A DNA stretch of 60,126 nucleotides from an uncultured bacterium (lineage in GTDB: Bacteria; Zixibacteria; MSB-5A5; GN15; PGXB01): assembly GCA_965602655.1 (NCBI GenBank), contig CBFCZE010000001.1, positions 1-60,126 on the forward strand, given 5' to 3'. This document shows positions 9,589 to 18,802 of the stretch, piece after piece. A program made the translations under genes and the position numbers. Every line of letters starts with the position of its first letter. The first letter of the stretch is position 1. The notes under the pieces were generated by a model, which saw nothing but the letters and a program-made list of their open reading frames with translations, ran no database searches and was not told the DNA's origin.

Positions 9589-10032
9589 ATGAGCAAAAAT
9601 AATCCGTTTAAATTTGATCTTCCAAAAGGCTGGATGGATCAAACCGTATACGTTTTTCAGGGTCCGAAAGAGGCCGATTTGGATCACAGTATTATGCTGA
9701 CCCTTGATAGAAAATTGCGGCACGATGAAATTTCCAATTTTGCTGCTGAAAGAACCTCGCCGATTATTGAAACGATGGATGGTATCGATGTGCTAAAGGA
9801 TGAAGAAATTACGCTACCAAACGGTAATCCGGCCTGGGAATTTGTCTACAAATGGGTTCCCGCCGATGATATGATATTTTTCCAGAAATACGTCTTTGTC
9901 TATAAGGATAAAATAGGTTTTACCTTTTCGGGAAAATTTACCAAACAGACGATTAAAACTGTCGGCGCCCAGATGAAACAAATAATTGAAACTCTTCTGC
10001 CGGGAACGTATGAGCCTTTGGATGAAGATTGA
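9589..10032 (+). CDS. DUF1795 (DcrB/Eag-like) effector-associated chaperone candidate
   Basis: 147 aa. The opening NPFKFDLPKGWMDQTVYVFQGP matches my recollection of the DUF1795 'F.LP.GW.D.T...F' start. Size is typical for the family. Its TGA stop overlaps the ATG of the next gene (TGATG). Confidence 0.55.
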   Translation: MSKNNPFKFDLPKGWMDQTVYVFQGPKEADLDHSIMLTLDRKLRHDEISNFAAERTSPIIETMDGIDVLKDEEITLPNGNPAWEFVYKWVPADDMIFFQKYVFVYKDKIGFTFSGKFTKQTIKTVGAQMKQIIETLLPGTYEPLDED

Positions 10033-11255
10033 TGTCTGATTTGAAATTCACAAAAGCGACCGATGAGGAGCATGAGATTAAACTCGATTCCCATCTTATC
10101 AGCGCCTCCTGGGTTTCCGGGATGGCCTTTGTCGGTTTAAAGCCCAAATTTGAGGTGCGCACTGTTTTTGTCGGCAATGGTTCCAAAATAAAAGTAAAGG
10201 GCAAAACCGAAAAGGGTAAAAAACTCGGTAAAGTTAAGGGTAAAATGCAAGCTAATGTTTTTACCGGCGAGTTTGAGATTCCTGATAAAATAGAGTTGGA
10301 TGATCAGATATATTTTGAAGTCGACCTTTCCGCCAACGGTCTCAGCGGCGAATCGGCCAAAATTCCGGTATACCCGCAACCCAAACTAAAAAGTATCAAA
10401 TGGAGCGCCGATGAGGCCCGGCGTGGTGATGTCTTAACCATGTCGGCCGAGCTGGAAGATGTAAAAGACGGCGTTGAAACTAAACTGATAATATATGAGT
10501 TTGACAACGATGGCGCCCACGATAAAATCTCTGAATTGCCGGCAACCGTCAAGGAGAGTAAAATTGAAGAGATGTGGGAGTATGAATATCACGAGGATAC
10601 CGATGAACTCCCCACCAGCGAGGAGGTCGAAAAATACGGTGGATCATATAATCCGCCTGAATATTTTTTCACTATCAAAGTCGGTGAATTTGAACTGGGA
10701 AAAGAAAATCAGGATTCGGGGATTTTGAATTTTAAAGACTGGTTTGAATATAAGCTTGAAGATGAAAATGGTACTTCGATAGCCGATGAAAAGTACAAAG
10801 CGATATTGCCCGATGGTCAGGAAAAAGAAGGTAAAACCGATTCTGACGGATTAATAATTATTAAAGAAGTCCCTCCCGGTAAAGTTAAAATTGAATTTCC
10901 TTCGGATGAAGACGAAGATGAAGAAGAAGAAAAAGAGGAGGAAGAAAAGGATGCTGAGGAACAGAAAATTCCGGAGGGCCAGGCGGATCAGACTCAAACG
11001 CAGTCAGGTGAAGATGTAGATTCAGTGGAAGAAGAAGATAGTGACGAAGATCAGGAAGAAAATAAGGAAGATGATGACGATGAAGAATTGAATCAGGCAA
11101 GAGAAGAAACAGGGACCGGTTCATCAACGCAGTCGGGCAGAAGTGGTGGGGCGACCCAGACAGGTGAATCGGGCGGTTCGACTCAATCAGATGATACATC
11201 CAGCTCAACACAACAGGATGATTCCTCGCAAACATCAACGCAATCAGGAGCTTAA
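10032..11255 (+). CDS. hypothetical protein: beta-rich N-terminal domains shared with the PAAR protein extension + long acidic / Ser-Thr-Gln-rich tail
   Basis: ATG 10032 is coupled to the upstream stop. Segment ~10392-10600 (SIKWSADEARRGDVL...IEEMWEYEYHED) resembles PAAR-protein segment ~3991-4194 (KAEWSTNSAHVGDKV...IEYEWELEVDD). Motif YKAILPDGQEKEGKTDSDGLIIIKEVPPGKVKIEFP at 10794-10901. Low-complexity tail ~10905-11252. Confidence 0.6.
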   Translation: MSDLKFTKATDEEHEIKLDSHLISASWVSGMAFVGLKPKFEVRTVFVGNGSKIKVKGKTEKGKKLGKVKGKMQANVFTGEFEIPDKIELDDQIYFEVDLSANGLSGESAKIPVYPQPKLKSIKWSADEARRGDVLTMSAELEDVKDGVETKLIIYEFDNDGAHDKISELPATVKESKIEEMWEYEYHEDTDELPTSEEVEKYGGSYNPPEYFFTIKVGEFELGKENQDSGILNFKDWFEYKLEDENGTSIADEKYKAILPDGQEKEGKTDSDGLIIIKEVPPGKVKIEFPSDEDEDEEEEKEEEEKDAEEQKIPEGQADQTQTQSGEDVDSVEEEDSDEDQEENKEDDDDEELNQAREETGTGSSTQSGRSGGATQTGESGGSTQSDDTSSSTQQDDSSQTSTQSGA

Positions 11256-11323
11256 GTTAGAATATTTTTATATGATTGTTCTTTTCCATATTTGAAGGGG
11301 CAATAGCCGAATTTGAGGTTATT

Positions 11324-13966
11324 ATGGCAGGCGATTCGGGCGTTGGTACAGGTAAACGCCATACAAGAAAAAGAAAATGCAGACTTCATGAAAATTGTTA
11401 TATCTATGAAGCTTTAAAACTGCATGACTCCTATATTGAGGCTCTAAAAAGTCTGGATTCTTTGCAGAAAAGTTATGCTGTTGGATTAAATGCATCCAGA
11501 TTTACACGCGATATTTGCAGGAACCTGGCCGATCATGAAGGCAAGGTGAAATCTAAATTAACCGAGTTTGGCGGTCCCGGTACCAAAGGTTCAATAAAAA
11601 TTTCATTGAAGGATAGAAGGGGGCGGCCGGTTGGCGGTGAAAAGTATGATCTCTATATTCCGGGAGAAAAAAAGCGATCCGGTAGCCTTGGCGGAGACGG
11701 CACTAAGGTTGAAAAGAATATCAACACCGGACCATGCTTTGTAAATTTTCCCAATCGGGGTGAAGATACATGGGAATATTTGCTGGCGCCAAAAAGATAT
11801 AAGGTCAAGGAAGAATATTGGGCTAATATCAAAGGGGGCGTCGCCGGTATTAAAAAAGGTAAAGAAGCAGTTACGGCGACCTCTTATGAAACCACGCATT
11901 TAAAAAAATATATCGAATATCGAGAAAATAAAATTGTTGCCGTTGAAAGCGATGCAGAAAAAGCGGCCGAAAAGCTTATTAAGCTTATTAAAAGCCCAAA
12001 GGTTCAAAAACATATCAAGAAGCAACATGGCAATCGTCTTTTGCCGGATTCTTTGATAAAAGAATTTTATGGTGTCGATCCAAATAGTTCAGACAAGAAA
12101 TATCGTGAGAGCGACCATTACCTGGCAATCTTAACCGAAGATCTGAATAAAACCCGAGCCGGCTTGAAATTTCTCGATACCCTATTCGATGAAAATAAAT
12201 TATCCAAGCAATATGCTTTTAAGGATTTATGGGGATTTATCGGGAAAACAAAAACGGCATCGGAAGCCTCAGGTAAGTTTCTTTTTAATGTTATGCCAGC
12301 CCTGTCCCTTAAGATAAATCAGGTAGTAGATTGGGATCAGATTGATTCAATTACCGATATTACAAATAAGAATGCTACTATAAAACCATACTTTCAAACA
12401 CTGGAAAAATATCTCGGCAAAAATAAGTTCTCCAAATGGCTGGGTGCCCGGGTTGATGATCTGGCCAAAAGAAATAGGACTGCGGTAAAGGCAGCTCGAA
12501 ATAGAAAAACGTTTGATCGTTTAATTAAAATCTGGTCTGATCCGAACAATTCAAGGTATGATGCCGTTTATGCGGCAACGGCGAAAAAACATGATGCCGA
12601 GAAGGCCCTCGACGGTGTCTGGTTTGGTATGGCTCTCGATACCGTTGCGGTTGTTCTATCTACTTATGACATATTCAAAACAGTTCAGAAGGCTCCTCTT
12701 AAAGATAAGATAGGATTGGTCGGTGATATATTAGGGGCTATCAAAACCGTGGCCGAAGCGGTTGAAAGTACACAAAATCTAAGGGTGGCTGTTGCCGCTG
12801 AAACCGGGGCCAGCGGTGAAACCATAAAAACATTAACCACTCGGGCGAATGCGGCCAAAATTTGTGTTCGTGTTCTAACTGTTCTTGGGGTTGTTGTCTC
12901 GGCGGTGGTGATGGTTTGCGAAATTTATGATGCCTGGCGTAAACGGAACTGGCGTGTGGTTGCCCTTAGTATTGCATCGTTTGGAGCCATGCTTGTCGGT
13001 CTAGCCTATACCGGTATTGGTGCCGTCATATCAATCATTATTGCAATTATTGCTTATCTTGTTTATGAACCGCCGGTAGTAGACTTTATTCAATTGTCTT
13101 ACTGGGGTGAAGATTATATCGAGGCTCAGGATAAAATTGCTATCAAAGACACCATACTTAAATACTTTGAAGTAATATATACATTAAAGATTAGATTTAT
13201 TCACAAATGGGGTGGTGATGCAAATAAATCATTTATGTATATACAATGCGGGATGCTTTCTGAGAAAGCCCCTATCTATGTACAGGTATTTGAATATAAA
13301 AATAAAAAATTCTATCCTTTATCAAAGCAATGGAAAAAGGTTTATCCCGGATTGGAAAATGTTGACGGTAAAGGACGCGTTTTTAAAGAGATCACAACCT
13401 GGTCAAAATGCCCGAATCGACCCCGGACAATTCAAATACATAAGTATTGGGAAATATGGCCGAATATAAAGCGTGACAGTGATACCAAATACTGGGTGGC
13501 TGCGGCTCTGGATCCCAGTCGCGATTCACGATATGCCTTAAAAGACCAAACATGGGTCACGTTTCCATCTCCGGAGAAACCAAAACTCAAAATCAATAAT
13601 CCATTCAGTACGTCGGCGTATATTGATCGCAATATCTATATAACATACTATAAGGGCAAAATTTCAATGATTTTCCGGACCAATTACGCTAAGGGTTGTT
13701 ATATGAAGTTATGGCTTACCCGAGAAGGCAGTGGTTTATTTAATTGGGATAAAGAAATACATGAGGGGCTTAAAATTCCGGTAACCGCCGACACAACTAA
13801 GAAAAGGGTCAGAGTCCCGGATCCCAAAAATGGCACATATGAGGTAACAGCAAAAGTAGTGTTATATAACGCAAAAGATGAAGAAGTTGATACTGAAACC
13901 TTTTCTGGCGTTCTAAGCACGTATATTGTAGCGTCCCAGAAATATATTGATAAGCTTAAAGGCTAA
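11324..13966 (+). CDS. 880-aa putative membrane-targeting T6SS cargo with central cluster of TM helices
   Basis: ATG 11324 with GAGG 7 nt upstream (the ORF track starts at TTG 11276). Hydrophobic helices VWFGMALDTVAVVLSTYDIF, ICVRVLTVLGVVVSAVVMVCEIY and WRVVALSIASFGAMLVGLAYTGIGAVISIIIAIIAYLVY lie at ~12615-13068. No signal peptide. An N-terminal copy of the small beta-sandwich motif sits at 11645-11752. Confidence 0.6.
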   Translation: MAGDSGVGTGKRHTRKRKCRLHENCYIYEALKLHDSYIEALKSLDSLQKSYAVGLNASRFTRDICRNLADHEGKVKSKLTEFGGPGTKGSIKISLKDRRGRPVGGEKYDLYIPGEKKRSGSLGGDGTKVEKNINTGPCFVNFPNRGEDTWEYLLAPKRYKVKEEYWANIKGGVAGIKKGKEAVTATSYETTHLKKYIEYRENKIVAVESDAEKAAEKLIKLIKSPKVQKHIKKQHGNRLLPDSLIKEFYGVDPNSSDKKYRESDHYLAILTEDLNKTRAGLKFLDTLFDENKLSKQYAFKDLWGFIGKTKTASEASGKFLFNVMPALSLKINQVVDWDQIDSITDITNKNATIKPYFQTLEKYLGKNKFSKWLGARVDDLAKRNRTAVKAARNRKTFDRLIKIWSDPNNSRYDAVYAATAKKHDAEKALDGVWFGMALDTVAVVLSTYDIFKTVQKAPLKDKIGLVGDILGAIKTVAEAVESTQNLRVAVAAETGASGETIKTLTTRANAAKICVRVLTVLGVVVSAVVMVCEIYDAWRKRNWRVVALSIASFGAMLVGLAYTGIGAVISIIIAIIAYLVYEPPVVDFIQLSYWGEDYIEAQDKIAIKDTILKYFEVIYTLKIRFIHKWGGDANKSFMYIQCGMLSEKAPIYVQVFEYKNKKFYPLSKQWKKVYPGLENVDGKGRVFKEITTWSKCPNRPRTIQIHKYWEIWPNIKRDSDTKYWVAAALDPSRDSRYALKDQTWVTFPSPEKPKLKINNPFSTSAYIDRNIYITYYKGKISMIFRTNYAKGCYMKLWLTREGSGLFNWDKEIHEGLKIPVTADTTKKRVRVPDPKNGTYEVTAKVVLYNAKDEEVDTETFSGVLSTYIVASQKYIDKLKG

Positions 13967-14144
13967 TAATAGCTACATTGAATAAATATAACAAAGGTAG
14001 GTTAATTAAAAAAAATTGAAGAGAGCTTCCTATTAAGCCAACTTCAAATGTAATAGTCGAAAGTGATATTGCTGAAATAGGCAAAAAGTTATATCTATTT
14101 TATTTAAAAAGGTTTAGCTTTGCATCTAAAAGAAAATTAATTAC

Positions 14145-14173
14145 TTGACTTTAAATGGTATGGGAATTATGTT
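14145..14173 (+). promoter_or_regulatory. sigma70-like promoter upstream of clpV (TTGACT-N17-TATGTT)
   Basis: TTGACT at 14145-14150, a 17-nt spacer, TATGTT at 14168-14173. It sits in a 298-nt AT-rich gap, ~90 nt upstream of ATG 14265. Confidence 0.35.
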
Positions 14174-14264
14174 TTTAAGTTATAGGATAATGCCTATCAA
14201 CCCATTGTCGTTGAGAGGATTATTGTTTCCGTCTTTTAAAAACATTGGAGTGGATTAAAAGTAT

Positions 14265-15716
14265 ATGGACATAGCCAATTATTCATCAGATTCTCGGGCC
14301 GTTATTAAGAACGCCAAGGAAGTTGCCGCTCAATTGAGGCATATCGAAATTGAAGTTGAGCATCTTCTGATCGCAACCATCAGGCACGAGGGTTCCGAAG
14401 TTGAGTCAATCTTAAATCAGCTCGGAAAAAGCGTCGGCTTTATCGAATCGGCCGCCGACGAGTATCTTAAGGATCAAACCAAAAAATCAACTGTCACCAA
14501 CCCGACCATTTCACCCGGAGTTCAGGAAGCTCTGATGCAGGCGGTTGATGAAAAAAGCAAGCTTATGGATGCTCTGGTGGAACCGGAGCATATTTTTATT
14601 GCTATTTTTGATCCCAAATCAAAGCTGTCGGGGTTTGTCCGCGAAAAAACCGAGCTGACCAAGGAAGATCTTTATCGTGCTCTGGCCGACAGTAAATCGG
14701 TCGCCGAAATTACCACCGGTGTGACACCGGCCGACGGAAAACCGGCCGAAGAGGGTGAAAAGAAAGTTTCCGGAACACTTCGCTACTGCGTTGATCTGAC
14801 CAATCAGGCCGCGGCCGGTGAGTTTGATCCCGTTATAGGACGAAGCAAGGAAGTTCAGCAGGCAATACAAATATTGCTTCGCCGACGTAAAAACAGCCCG
14901 GTTCTGGTCGGCGGTGCCGGAGTGGGCAAAACCGCCATTGTTGAAGGTTTCTGTCAGGCTATCATTGACGGTGCCGTTCCTAAAGCGCTCGAAAATGTAA
15001 AAGTGATGGAAGTAGATATGGGGGCACTTGTTGCCGGGGCCAAATATAAGGGGGAATTTGAGGAACGATTTAAAGCACTGATTGGCGATGTGGTTAAATC
15101 GGGCGGCAAGATTGTTCTTTTTATCGATGAAATTCATAACATTACAACCTCTGGTGGGGGCGGCGGGACCGATGCAGCCAATTTGATAAAACCGGCTCTC
15201 GCTCGTGGTCAAATTCGGCTTATTGGTGCCACAACCGAGGAAGAATATATTAAACATCTTGAAAAAGATAAGGCACTCGATCGACGATTTGAAAAGATTA
15301 AGATCGAGCAGCCGGACTATGACGATTCCGTCCGGATTCTGGAAGGGGTCGCCGGCAAATATGAAGAACATCATAAGATAGTTTATGACCATGAGGCCCT
15401 TTCAAGTTCGGTAAAATTCGCCCAGCGTTATCTCAGCGAACGAAATCTTCCCGATATAGCGCTTGATATTATTGATGAAGCCGCCTCTGAATTTGATGTC
15501 AAAAAAGAAATGGCGGGCCAGAAAATCCCGGTCATGGGCGAGCAGATTACAGAAATTACCGAACTTCTTAAAAAATGTGAAGGTAAAACACCTGAAAAGT
15601 GCGGCGAAGATTATGACAAACTGACCAAAGTCTATGATAAATTCTCGCGAAGTCTCGAAACGCTCCAAGATCACTGGGGTTATCGTCTGGAAGTCAAAGC
15701 GGAGGGGACCAAATAA
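14265..15716 (+). CDS. clpV: ClpV/TssH AAA+ ATPase, N-terminal half (N-domain + D1 ring + coiled-coil stub)
   Basis: Clp N-domain-like start. D1 Walker [17 protein letters not shown], Walker [34 protein letters not shown]. It ends within the region where ClpB/ClpV carry the middle domain. Confidence 0.85.
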   Translation: MDIANYSSDSRAVIKNAKEVAAQLRHIEIEVEHLLIATIRHEGSEVESILNQLGKSVGFIESAADEYLKDQTKKSTVTNPTISPGVQEALMQAVDEKSKLMDALVEPEHIFIAIFDPKSKLSGFVREKTELTKEDLYRALADSKSVAEITTGVTPADGKPAEEGEKKVSGTLRYCVDLTNQAAAGEFDPVIGRSKEVQQAIQILLRRRKNSPVLVGGAGVGKTAIVEGFCQAIIDGAVPKALENVKVMEVDMGALVAGAKYKGEFEERFKALIGDVVKSGGKIVLFIDEIHNITTSGGGGGTDAANLIKPALARGQIRLIGATTEEEYIKHLEKDKALDRRFEKIKIEQPDYDDSVRILEGVAGKYEEHHKIVYDHEALSSSVKFAQRYLSERNLPDIALDIIDEAASEFDVKKEMAGQKIPVMGEQITEITELLKKCEGKTPEKCGEDYDKLTKVYDKFSRSLETLQDHWGYRLEVKAEGTK

Positions 15717-16819
15717 TGCCGGATAAACCAAGAAAAATCAGCGAGATAAAAGAAGAATTCGACGTTAAAGTTGATCAACTGAAATCTTTACAGGGGGTTG
15801 TTGAATCTCTTGAGAATAAAATCGACGATGCCGATATCGCCACCGTTGTGGCTCGTCGAACCGGCATACCGGTAACCAAAATGATGACAGCCGAAAAAGA
15901 CAAGCTGGTCAATATGGAGGCTTTTCTTTCGAAAAAAATTATTGGTCAGAAGGATGCCATTAAAGTCATCGCAAATGCCATTAGAAAATCACGAGCCGGG
16001 TTGAAGATGAAAAATCGCCCGGTCGGCTCATTTCTCTTTCTGGGTCCGACCGGAACCGGTAAGACATATCTGCCAAAACTGTTGGCCGAATTCCTTTTCG
16101 ATGACAAGAATGCTATGGTGCGTCTTGATATGTCGGAATTTATGGAATCGCATTCAGTGGCCAAAATGATTGGCGCCCCTCCCGGATATGTCGGATATGA
16201 GGCGGGTGGTTTGTTGACCGAAGCGGTTCGCCGCAAACCATTTTCTATTGTCCTGCTGGATGAAGTGGAAAAGGCACATCCCGATGTGTTTAACGTTTTG
16301 CTTCAATTACTTGATGACGGTCGTTTGACCGACGGGCAGGGACGAACAGTCGATTTTTCGAATACGCTGGTTGTCCTGACAAGCAACTATGCCGCCGAAA
16401 AGATTCTTGAGGCCGATCGTGAGGGTCGGGAAGTTGATATGGAAGAAGTTCGTGGTTTTCTGTTCAGCAAATTCCGTCCTGAGTTTTTGAATCGTCTCAA
16501 TGATATTATTATTTATCACACCTTTACTCAGGAGCAGGTGGAAAAAATAACGGCACTGGAATTTAATGCATTGTGTGATCTTCTTAAAGACCAGAATATC
16601 ACCGCCAATCTCAGCGATGGGGCGTGCAAAAAACTTGCCGCGGACGGTTATACAATCGAGCTTGGAGCTCGTCCGATTCAAAGGACAATAGAGAAAGAGA
16701 TTATTAATAAATTATCGGTTGATATTATAACCGGCAATATTTCTCCCGGCGACAATATCTCGGTTGATATCAAAGACGATAAATATATTTTTAATGTGAT
16801 TAAAGAAGAGAATTCATAA
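15716..16819 (+). CDS. clpV: ClpV/TssH AAA+ ATPase, C-terminal half (D2 ring + C-terminal domain)
   Basis: RRTGIPV, Walker A FLFLGPTGTGKTYLPKLLAEFLF, Walker B IVLLDEVEKAHPDVFNVLLQLLDDGRLTD, VVLTSN, RPEFLNRLNDIIIYHTF. ATG 15716 shares its A with the TAA stop of the upstream half (TAATG). Confidence 0.85.
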   Translation: MPDKPRKISEIKEEFDVKVDQLKSLQGVVESLENKIDDADIATVVARRTGIPVTKMMTAEKDKLVNMEAFLSKKIIGQKDAIKVIANAIRKSRAGLKMKNRPVGSFLFLGPTGTGKTYLPKLLAEFLFDDKNAMVRLDMSEFMESHSVAKMIGAPPGYVGYEAGGLLTEAVRRKPFSIVLLDEVEKAHPDVFNVLLQLLDDGRLTDGQGRTVDFSNTLVVLTSNYAAEKILEADREGREVDMEEVRGFLFSKFRPEFLNRLNDIIIYHTFTQEQVEKITALEFNALCDLLKDQNITANLSDGACKKLAADGYTIELGARPIQRTIEKEIINKLSVDIITGNISPGDNISVDIKDDKYIFNVIKEENS

Positions 16820-16838
16820 TATTAATTTGGAGGAGTAA

Positions 16839-17279
16839 ATGGCAAAATTTATTCTTGGTGCAACCGAAAGGATCAAAAAAGACGATTCTATTCCGGTTGA
16901 GTTGCTTCCTTCCAATAAATTGCTTTATGCGGCGAAACTTAATAATGAAGAAGATGCTGATGTTTCGCCGGTTAAATGCAACAATCTGAAGGAAGTATTT
17001 GAAAAATTCCGGCCGTCGTTCGAAGCCGAGTTGGAATCGACCGAAGGCGAACAGGTAAATGCCAACTTTGAAGTCAGATCAATGAAGGATTATACATCCA
17101 AAGAACTGATTGAGAAGAACGATTATCTTCAGGAAACTTACTACGGTAAGGAAATGCTCAATGATCTGGAAAAACAATTAAAGAAAAACAAGTCATTGCA
17201 GAAGACGCTTTCCGATAAGGAAAAGAAAGAAGCTCTCCTGAAAATGGCCAAGTACTATATCGACCTTCTCAGCGAATAG
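16839..17279 (+). CDS. tssB: T6SS small sheath subunit TssB/VipA-like
   Basis: 146 aa, immediately upstream of the large sheath gene. FEVRSMKDYTSKELIEKNDYLQETYYGKEMLNDLEKQL resembles the conserved 'F.sm.DF.P..i....p.L..Ll..R' C-terminal part of TssB. Good RBS (GGAGGAG). Confidence 0.7.
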   Translation: MAKFILGATERIKKDDSIPVELLPSNKLLYAAKLNNEEDADVSPVKCNNLKEVFEKFRPSFEAELESTEGEQVNANFEVRSMKDYTSKELIEKNDYLQETYYGKEMLNDLEKQLKKNKSLQKTLSDKEKKEALLKMAKYYIDLLSE

Positions 17280-17296
17280 AAAAGAGGTGATTATTA

Positions 17297-18724
17297 ATGG
17301 GTGAAGAAGAAAAACAAGAAGCACAGGCACAGGAAGCAAAGGCCAAGGAGGCTGCTCCCGTAGCAGCCGGTGAGGCAATATCAGATGAAGAGTTTTCATC
17401 GATGTTAGGCGAATCTTTTGGAAGTTTTAAAAACCTGGCGGCCTTGATGCCGTCGTTTAAAACGCCTGATGGTGACCTCGTTCGCGGCGTCGAATGGCTC
17501 GATCCGAAAAAGGATTTCCAGCGCAAAGAGTTTTTGACAAAAAAGAATTTTGAAGGACAGCGCAAACTGTTGGCCCTGAGATTGAAAAAGTGGATGGAGT
17601 ATCTGGCCGGCGATGAAACCCCGGATGCCACACGCAAAAAGCTGAGTGAAGATTCGGCCAAGCTGGAAGCCAACCTGCGCAAAAACATGACCAAGGTTCA
17701 TAATAAATCACGTGAGCTTGAAACAACTTATCGTGCCATCGATAAGTTTTTTGCCAATGCGCAACAGGAACCGGATGAGAAGGTCAACGCTTACTTTGCC
17801 AATGCCGGCATTGAAGAGTTAACCGACCCGGACGACAAGGAAAAATTCGAGCAATTAACCACAGCTATTGCCGATCTTTACCGCGAGTGGAGCATCAAAG
17901 AATGTTTTTCGATGGCGTGTGTCCCCGGTTATATGGGCAGTGTTGAGAATATTGACACCTTTGCGCGACAGTTGGGCTTCCCGAATAAACTGCATATCAT
18001 GACCGATCTGCCGAATTTTGAATCGGTTGACGAAGTTATGGAGATGCTCGACGATCCCAACTATGCCAATTTGATCGGCGTCGATAATTTCAAGCAGTAT
18101 GTTTCAGTTTTCGCCAACTATCTGTTGGCGCGCAATGCCAACGAGTATGAAGATGATGATATGTGGATACCACCTTCTGCTTCTGTCGCCGGAATGATGT
18201 ACAAGAGTGACACAACGGTTGGTATGCAGCAGCCGTCGGCCGGCTTTAAGTATGGAAAGATTGCCGATGCCAAGTATATCCGCTTCCGGGCCAATCAGCC
18301 AGATGCCAGTAAGATAAATGAAAAAGGTGTTAATCCTCTGGTTAACTTTGAAGGATCGGCGGTAGCGATGGGTTCATCGACACTAAGCGTTAAAGAAACA
18401 TTTAATGTTTATTCCATTCGTCGCACGTATGATTATGTTTATAAAACGCTTCGCAATTATCTTAATAAACAAACCTTTACCGTTATTGATCAGAAGATGA
18501 TTGATGCCCTCCGGTCCGATATCGATAAATTCATGCGGGCCATCTCCGGCGGCGATAATATCCTGCAGGATTATAAGGTAGAGATTTTTGCCGATGAGCA
18601 GATGCGTAAAAACCAGGAAGTTGACATTAAGGTTGCTTTGAATCCTAAGTATCCGGCCAGAACATTTAATATTGAATTCGCGGCATGGGATGCGGACAAT
18701 CAAACCAATGTGAAAGATAAGTAA
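17297..18724 (+). CDS. tssC: T6SS large sheath subunit TssC/VipB-like
   Basis: 475 aa (typical TssC size), with acidic N-terminus. Position is tssB-tssC-hcp. The call is mainly by size and synteny. Confidence 0.7.
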   Translation: MGEEEKQEAQAQEAKAKEAAPVAAGEAISDEEFSSMLGESFGSFKNLAALMPSFKTPDGDLVRGVEWLDPKKDFQRKEFLTKKNFEGQRKLLALRLKKWMEYLAGDETPDATRKKLSEDSAKLEANLRKNMTKVHNKSRELETTYRAIDKFFANAQQEPDEKVNAYFANAGIEELTDPDDKEKFEQLTTAIADLYREWSIKECFSMACVPGYMGSVENIDTFARQLGFPNKLHIMTDLPNFESVDEVMEMLDDPNYANLIGVDNFKQYVSVFANYLLARNANEYEDDDMWIPPSASVAGMMYKSDTTVGMQQPSAGFKYGKIADAKYIRFRANQPDASKINEKGVNPLVNFEGSAVAMGSSTLSVKETFNVYSIRRTYDYVYKTLRNYLNKQTFTVIDQKMIDALRSDIDKFMRAISGGDNILQDYKVEIFADEQMRKNQEVDIKVALNPKYPARTFNIEFAAWDADNQTNVKDK

Positions 18725-18802
18725 ACGTAAGATTATTGATTAAATTGGAAGTAAAAACGTAAACAATATTAACCAGTTGAACCAAGAAAAAGGAGAGAAG
18801 TT

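Noticed and set aside
14619-15392. 257-aa antisense ORF inside clpV. Similar long antisense ORFs lie at 15402-15731, 17269-17726, 26909-27430, 37327-38195, 45749-46426, 42213-42644 and 47816-48203.
   Set aside because: Each lies fully inside, and opposite to, a gene with strong conserved motifs. Their translations are low-complexity or Arg/Phe/Ile-rich shadows with no RBS. They are typical shadow ORFs.
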